64,000 nucleotides of DNA, from IMG/VR virus record IMGVR_UViG_3300037322_000275, positions 1 to 64,000 of that record; one strand, 5' to 3'. A program made the translations under genes and the position numbers. Each line of letters opens with the position of its first letter. Within the stretch, counting starts at the first letter, position 1. This DNA comes from a virus. Of the stretch, positions 58,822 to 64,000 are shown piece after piece. The notes below the pieces were generated by a model. It saw only the letters and a list, made by a program, of their open reading frames with translations, was not told where the DNA came from and made no database searches.

Positions 58822-59331
58822 TTATTTGTTCATCAATTCTAGAATGTTATTCATTGAATAATGTCTATCTCCTTTTTCTTGCAATCTGTTTTCACTTGAA
58901 GAATAATTTATTACAAAATTTTTGTCAATAGACCAGCAGTTATCACTAGAATGCAAGACCCAACCACCTGCTTTACCACAAAACAAAAAACCATATCTCA
59001 TGTTGTGATATGCGTTGAAACGAGTTTCTGAAATAATTTGTTTCAAATATCCTGCAACATCTTTATCTGTAGCGTCAAAGTATGTCTTACAGATGTTTAC
59101 TATATCAAAGAAAGAACGCACTTGGCAACTGCATTGGAGATTCGAAAATTCCTTGTTGTAATACGTTTGTGGCACACCATAAAAAGAATTATATTTTGTT
59201 TTTTTTAAAAGCATGCTTCTTAAAAATAAATCTAAAGTTGTGAGACGAATACCGTTTGATCTAATATCTAGTTCAGAAAGATATAATTTTTCAAAGGGAA
59301 TCTCTTTTTTCTCTACTTGTACATCATCCAT
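58822..59331 (-). CDS. Hypothetical protein (C..RS..FC paralog family)
   Basis: TYY...LQC...VRSFFD...YF...FCGKA. Confidence 0.65.
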   Translation of the reverse strand: MDDVQVEKKEIPFEKLYLSELDIRSNGIRLTTLDLFLRSMLLKKTKYNSFYGVPQTYYNKEFSNLQCSCQVRSFFDIVNICKTYFDATDKDVAGYLKQIISETRFNAYHNMRYGFLFCGKAGGWVLHSSDNCWSIDKNFVINYSSSENRLQEKGDRHYSMNNILELMNK

Positions 59332-59915
59332 AACTTAATATTGTTTTCACTGTTGGGATTAATTATTGTTTGTGATACAATGTCTGAAATTTCATCTAAA
59401 GCAGGTAATATATCTTCATCAAAATCTACATTTGTTGAAAACAGAGCTATTGCACACTTTTGTTGACTAACTGAATATTTTATTACCTTTTTGAAAATAC
59501 TTCTTTTTAGTTCAATACGATCACTATCAACAGTTGGTACTTCTTCTTCAATACTTGAAATTAAATCATTAATTCCCTGAAATTCAATAATGCCACAGGA
59601 AATAGTTGATTCTGATGCAGAAAGAAAACACAATTCTAGCTCTACAAATTCTCCATCATTATCTGTAAAAGCAGAACCATCTTCTGAAATACTTGCAATT
59701 ACTTGAGCTTCTGTTAAAGATATAACTACATTTGACTCTTCTTCTAGTGTAATATTATTCTGAACTTCTTCAAAAAAATCTTTAGAATATCTAACAAGTT
59801 TTAAAGAATCATTTTGTAAAAAATAATAATTACCTTCTGTTTTAACTAAGTTATATTCTTTATCTAAAGTTATCTTGTAAGGTCCTTCATTAATACATTT
59901 AATTTTTTTGTCCAT
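59313..59915 (-). CDS. Hypothetical protein
   Basis: SCGIIEFQG, FSTN and NPNSENNIKLW motifs. Confidence 0.6.
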   Translation of the reverse strand: MDKKIKCINEGPYKITLDKEYNLVKTEGNYYFLQNDSLKLVRYSKDFFEEVQNNITLEEESNVVISLTEAQVIASISEDGSAFTDNDGEFVELELCFLSASESTISCGIIEFQGINDLISSIEEEVPTVDSDRIELKRSIFKKVIKYSVSQQKCAIALFSTNVDFDEDILPALDEISDIVSQTIINPNSENNIKLWMMYK

Positions 59916-59955
59916 TTTTTTTTAGTTTTATTGTTTTTTAAATATTTAAAGAAAA

Positions 59956-60363
59956 CTATAATTCTTCATTCATTGTATAGAAATTTTCTAAACTATAGTT
60001 ATCTACACCTTTTTTAGTATAAAAATGCTTTATGCTATAGTCACTGATCCACTGTGCACTCTTGTTTAATGCATACTTTACAACAACTTTGTTTACTTCT
60101 GTGCAATACACTAAAATAACAAATGAAGACTCCTTCATTATTGTGTGTATGATTTTTACAACAGCTTTTAAGCTAGTATTTTCAAATCTAGATAAAACAA
60201 TAGAATGCAATTCAGTAATACTTCTAAATTTACCGCTGTCACACTGTAATTTTGTACATTCTTTATCGTGATAAGATTTATAACTTACACCTCTAAGAAA
60301 AAATCTTATCAGCTGTGTTCTTGTTCTTGTTTTAGGAACGTCTAATTCTTTAACGTAAATCAT
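59956..60363 (-). CDS. Hypothetical protein (C..RS..YC paralog family)
   Basis: SYHD...LQC..GKFRSITE...RF...YCTEV. Confidence 0.65.
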   Translation of the reverse strand: MIYVKELDVPKTRTRTQLIRFFLRGVSYKSYHDKECTKLQCDSGKFRSITELHSIVLSRFENTSLKAVVKIIHTIMKESSFVILVYCTEVNKVVVKYALNKSAQWISDYSIKHFYTKKGVDNYSLENFYTMNEEL

Positions 60364-60770
60364 TTTTCATTTTTGATTATTTTTATTAATTCTTTAAGAC
60401 ATCTTAGTTCTGCTTCTTCGTAGATTTCATCTGTTCTGTAAGGGAATATATCTACAATTAATCCTTTACTAATAGTATCAGGGATTGTTCTACCATGTGA
60501 TATGTAAACAGTTTTACCATCACTTAGCGTTTTTGATGTTATAGAAACATTTATATTATACTTTTTTCTAAACCATCTAAAAGCTTGTTGATAAAGAGGT
60601 ACTGGAAATTTCATCCAATTTAATTTTTTTTCAACTTTACAAGTATGGATAACTAATTGATCTTCTTGAAAATCTTTATTAGCAAAACTATATAAAGCTA
60701 AACAATACTCATCAAATCCTAATTCTTTTAAAGCTAATGCTTCTTCATAAGGAATAAATTCTTTTTCCAT
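60360..60770 (-). CDS. Conserved Bacteroidota-phage hypothetical protein
   Basis: EFIPYEEALALKELGFDE..PLYQQAFRWFR..YEEAEL.CL pattern. Confidence 0.65.
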   Translation of the reverse strand: MEKEFIPYEEALALKELGFDEYCLALYSFANKDFQEDQLVIHTCKVEKKLNWMKFPVPLYQQAFRWFRKKYNINVSITSKTLSDGKTVYISHGRTIPDTISKGLIVDIFPYRTDEIYEEAELRCLKELIKIIKNEK

Positions 60771-60807
60771 AATTATTTATAATTTTATAAACATTTTTCA
60801 TCTTTAT

Positions 60808-61413
60808 CTATTTAAGTGTTGTTGTCCAGTCTTCACTTGAAAAAGAAGATTCATCTATAAAGTTAGATAGTCTACTAGTTTCGTGTTTACCATCTTTTTT
60901 ATATATAAAGTAATCAGCTTGCTGAAGATATTGGTAATTATCTAACGAATCAATGTATACTTTCGCAGCGTTTAAAACATCGTCTTTTGAATAAGAAGGA
61001 TTGCTAAAAAACCATCTAGAAAGTTTATCATAACAACTGTCATGACTACCCATACTACCAATTTTTAATCCTTTCCATAAACTACGATATTCTTCCGTAA
61101 ATCCAGACAAACCATTTTTAACTTCTCTTGTAGATTTCTTAACAACCTTTTTTTCTTTTGTTGTATTTAAACCTTCTATTTCTAAATAATCTATTAATAA
61201 ATTACCTTTTTCTCTAATAATTAATATTTCTTCATTGTTTTCTAATATTATTTTTATAAAGTTTTTATTTTGTAATTCTTTTTTAACACTATCTACAACT
61301 GAATAACCTACAAGAGGATACTTAATTGTAAGTAATGTCAGAAACTCAACTAATGAAATATTAGAATTATCTAGAAAATTAAAATCTAAAATTAATGCTA
61401 ATTTGTTTTTCAC
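60808..61413 (-). CDS. Hypothetical replication-region protein
   Basis: 201 aa, GTG start; possible wHTH N-terminus. Confidence 0.55.
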   Translation of the reverse strand: MKNKLALILDFNFLDNSNISLVEFLTLLTIKYPLVGYSVVDSVKKELQNKNFIKIILENNEEILIIREKGNLLIDYLEIEGLNTTKEKKVVKKSTREVKNGLSGFTEEYRSLWKGLKIGSMGSHDSCYDKLSRWFFSNPSYSKDDVLNAAKVYIDSLDNYQYLQQADYFIYKKDGKHETSRLSNFIDESSFSSEDWTTTLK

Positions 61414-61433
61414 TTGTTTCTAGTTTACTAAAA

Positions 61434-61724
61434 TTATTTTTCTTCAGTTATAATAATACTACTTGGCGTAAGATTTCTAATACCATTTGTAGTGTTGTAC
61501 ACCTGTATTGTATTATTGGTTTTTTCAATAATTTTTGAAGGTGTAAGTTCTTTGATACCATTTGTTGTATTGTATACATTTGTGGTATTGCCGTTTGTTT
61601 GTATTACTTGTGACGGTGTTAAACTTCTAATACCGTTTTCTGTTTTATAAACTTCTGTTGTTTTTTGCTGAGCATTCACGTTACAAAACGTAAATAATAC
61701 AATCAGCAATAATATTTCTTTCAT
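61434..61724 (-). CDS. Secreted protein with three 25-aa repeats
   Basis: MKEILLLIVLFTFCNVNA|QQ signal peptide; VYxTxNGIxxLTPSxxI x3. Confidence 0.75.
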   Translation of the reverse strand: MKEILLLIVLFTFCNVNAQQKTTEVYKTENGIRSLTPSQVIQTNGNTTNVYNTTNGIKELTPSKIIEKTNNTIQVYNTTNGIRNLTPSSIIITEEK

Positions 61725-61725
61725 T

Positions 61726-61815
61726 TTATTTTTTTTTACGAAGAAACCACGCAATGGCGATTATCAATAACAGGTAACCAAATACCATGTCAAAGCCATA
61801 AATTGTTTCTTCCAT
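61726..61815 (-). CDS. 29-aa single-TM peptide (not in ORF track)
   Basis: MEETIYGFDMVFGYLLLIIAIAWFLRKKK; TAATG-coupled to the upstream gene. Confidence 0.6.
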   Translation of the reverse strand: MEETIYGFDMVFGYLLLIIAIAWFLRKKK

Positions 61816-62006
61816 TATAATTCATTTTCAAATTCAAAATCATCTTCATTCATTGAAAAAAGATAATCACTTTCCAGTTCACTTGTAACAACTCCTTCAG
61901 CTTTACATAAAGTACAGTCTTGATACTCAAATCCTTTTTTACCATTTGCTTTAGGTTGCATAATTTCTTTAGCACCTAAACACTTTGGACATCTTTTATT
62001 TTTCAT
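61815..62006 (-). CDS. Small DnaJ-type zinc-finger protein
   Basis: CPKCLG...CTLCKAEG. Confidence 0.7.
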   Translation of the reverse strand: MKNKRCPKCLGAKEIMQPKANGKKGFEYQDCTLCKAEGVVTSELESDYLFSMNEDDFEFENEL

Positions 62007-62259
62007 AGTTAATTCTTTCTTTTAACATTGATGCGGCTAAAACATATGATCTTTTTGCTAAAGTTTCATGATTTTTTATCATTTCAACTCCTGCAGAAGA
62101 ACCATGACAAGTTGACAACAATCCTTGCATTGCGGAATTTGCAAAATAATCCAGCAAAGTCATTCCTTTCTGAATATCATATATTACGTTTTTTTCTTGT
62201 ACTACAGTTTTATTAACGTCTAATTCAAAACTTGGAAATGCATTAATATTGTTTTTCAT
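61996..62259 (-). CDS. Conserved phage hypothetical protein
   Basis: AFP...GMTLLDYFA..AMQGLL...A..ML.ER motif. Confidence 0.7.
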   Translation of the reverse strand: MKNNINAFPSFELDVNKTVVQEKNVIYDIQKGMTLLDYFANSAMQGLLSTCHGSSAGVEMIKNHETLAKRSYVLAASMLKERINYEK

Positions 62260-62458
62260 AATATTTTATTTTATTTGATTCTAATATCCAATTTTCATTG
62301 TTAATTTCTAAATAATCCATGATTTGAAATATAGAAACTTCCATGTCTAAATCTAATTTAATATGTTCCGAAATTAATATAGGATTAGTAACACTGTGTT
62401 CTTCCATAACTAAATCTATTGCAAAAACATATTCTGGTTGATTAATTGTCATTTTCAA
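62243..62458 (-). CDS. Hypothetical protein
   Basis: 71-aa overlapping ORF. Confidence 0.5.
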   Translation of the reverse strand: MKMTINQPEYVFAIDLVMEEHSVTNPILISEHIKLDLDMEVSIFQIMDYLEINNENWILESNKIKYYEKQY

Positions 62459-62708
62459 TTATTTTATCAATTCTATAAACTGAATTTAATGTTTCAAATG
62501 TGTTTTCATCAATAATTTTAGTTACTGGTGACGTTGATATACCTCGAAGATGAGGTTTACTATAATGAACTGGAGCTAAATTAAATCTTTTACCAACAAT
62601 AGGTGGTTTGGTAAAAATACCTTCATAGTGATCTTCTAAATCTCCATATCCTGTTTTACCATGAACAGGTTTATCAACAGATCCTAATTTTTTAATTTTG
62701 TACTTCAT
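62442..62708 (-). CDS. Hypothetical protein
   Basis: P.VG.RF...TSPV.KI...FETLNSVY motif. Confidence 0.6.
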   Translation of the reverse strand: MKYKIKKLGSVDKPVHGKTGYGDLEDHYEGIFTKPPIVGKRFNLAPVHYSKPHLRGISTSPVTKIIDENTFETLNSVYRIDKIIENDN

Positions 62709-62730
62709 AATTATTTAAGTTTATTAATTA

Positions 62731-63999
62731 TTAAAATAATTTTAATTGATTAAAGTTATTTATCTCATCAATTATTCTCTGTGTTTTACTAATGTAGTAA
62801 GAATAATTAACGTTGTATTCATTAAAAGGTTTCTCTTCATAGTTGTTAAACAATATGACACCTTCACCTACATTTACATGCATCATTGTAGCATCTCCAT
62901 AAATTAAAAGATCGATACTTTTTATTAATTGATCTTCACTTAAAGGTTTCCAATTAGGGTAATCTTCTCTATTGTGTTTAGAAATTAATTCATTTGTTAA
63001 TCTATCTCGATCTGTTTCAGAATAAACTTTTGATTTCTTTTGTTTAAACAAATATAGACCTTTTTTACTAAAATAATATCTATTCAATTGTTGTTGAACT
63101 TTTCCACTATGAAATACAGCAAAATCTTTACCTATTTTATTAGATTTACAATAATCATAGATATGTAGTTTGTATTTTTCAGGATTACTAATAAACTCAC
63201 CTGGTGAAATATTATTAATATAATAGTTGTGTAAAGCTTTTGATATTACTAACTCGTCTGTTGAATCACCTAAAGGAATTTCTTTCTGACCTTTTTCATT
63301 AAAATCTAATTTAAAGAAACCTTTACGTTTGACATCACCAGATTTAGTTTTACATATATAGTTATTTACATTTTTATATATGATTTTATCGTAATGTTCA
63401 TGTTCTAGATCTAATTGAAATTTATTACAAACCATATTAAGAATATCTTTATACTGTTGAATCTGATGTTTTGGAACAATCACTTCAATACCGTCAGTAT
63501 TTGCTGAAACAACTTGCCAGTTATTAATTAAACATGATTCAATACATTTAGTAAGAATTAATTGACCAATTAGTCTCATTCGCATTGCACCTTCAGGAAA
63601 GTATAACCAACCATGTTCCATATCCAGTAAACCTGATGTTGAATTAAGAATTAACTTAAAGAATGTGTCTTTTTGTTTTTCTTTTGCTTTTTTAGCAATA
63701 ATTCTTTCATCTTTTACTTGAATATATTTGTTTAGAACTTCAGGAAATCTAATACATTTATAATTTATTATTAAATTAGGATATAAAGAAGCTACATCAG
63801 AAGTTAAAACATCATAATCATCATTACCTTGATATTGTTCATTTTCATTTATAGAATGTAAACCACCAACACCATAGGTTAATCGTATAGAAGTGTTATT
63901 GTAATTAACTAACAGTTCTCTACTGAATTTATCTTTTGACTTTAATATGTCATTCCACAATTCTTTAAATATAGGAAGTTTAAATTCAGGATCAAAACC
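62731..63999 (-). CDS. Family B DNA polymerase (C-terminal part; continues beyond window)
   Basis: DVASLYP (motif A), KLILNSTSG (motif B), ANTDGI (motif C); frame open to the window end. Confidence 0.92.
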   Translation of the reverse strand, partial: GFDPEFKLPIFKELWNDILKSKDKFSRELLVNYNNTSIRLTYGVGGLHSINENEQYQGNDDYDVLTSDVASLYPNLIINYKCIRFPEVLNKYIQVKDERIIAKKAKEKQKDTFFKLILNSTSGLLDMEHGWLYFPEGAMRMRLIGQLILTKCIESCLINNWQVVSANTDGIEVIVPKHQIQQYKDILNMVCNKFQLDLEHEHYDKIIYKNVNNYICKTKSGDVKRKGFFKLDFNEKGQKEIPLGDSTDELVISKALHNYYINNISPGEFISNPEKYKLHIYDYCKSNKIGKDFAVFHSGKVQQQLNRYYFSKKGLYLFKQKKSKVYSETDRDRLTNELISKHNREDYPNWKPLSEDQLIKSIDLLIYGDATMMHVNVGEGVILFNNYEEKPFNEYNVNYSYYISKTQRIIDEINNFNQLKLF

Positions 64000-64000
64000 T

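Larger units (their letters stand above)
1..64000. mobile_element. crAss-like (phi14:2-type) bacteriophage genome segment
   Basis: Virion RNAP with GSDFDIDK flanked by two giant cargo genes; ring/IHF-like/Ttub/Tstab gene order; crAss-type primase, DnaB and PolB; no host housekeeping genes. Confidence 0.93.

Noticed and set aside
1-64000. Stop-codon reassignment as in some gut crAss-like phages
   Set aside because: Genes up to 7.8 kb are open in the standard code; TAG and TGA end genes at sensible boundaries; no suppressor tRNA seen

Overview
This is a 64-kb segment of an AT-rich crAss-like podovirus (phi14:2-type architecture, standard genetic code). The host is probably a Bacteroidota/Flavobacteriia, inferred from TAnnTTTG promoters and a Q-rule signal peptide. 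The plus arm (1-34.7 kb) carries tail fibres, a lysis cassette with an M15 endolysin, a DnaQ-like exonuclease, ring/IHF-like/muzzle tail genes and five virion cargo proteins, including the 2597-aa virion RNA polymerase (DFDID). The minus arm (34.8-64 kb) carries nucleotide metabolism (ThyA, MazG-like proteins, class II RNR), recombination/replication genes (SF2 helicase, PD-(D/E)xK exonuclease, RusA-like, primase, SSB, AAA, DnaB, PolB) and a 9.2-kb peptide-ligase/gamma-glutamyl operon. The arms meet at a strong terminator. Most notable observations: (1) the three giant cargo proteins have only four cysteines in 6112 aa, all at the gene-to-gene junctions, suggesting a head-to-tail disulfide chain; (2) an expanded phiEco32-type amidoligase/ATP-grasp operon with a hydrophobic-leader amidotransferase; (3) a tRNA-like RNA with no anticodon arm; (4) an ADP-ribosyltransferase payload in a cargo protein; (5) DGR-like codon variation in tail-fibre repeats; (6) a structured intergenic RNA candidate; (7) a catalytically degenerate UDG. 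All family calls are from motifs read by eye; no searches were run.
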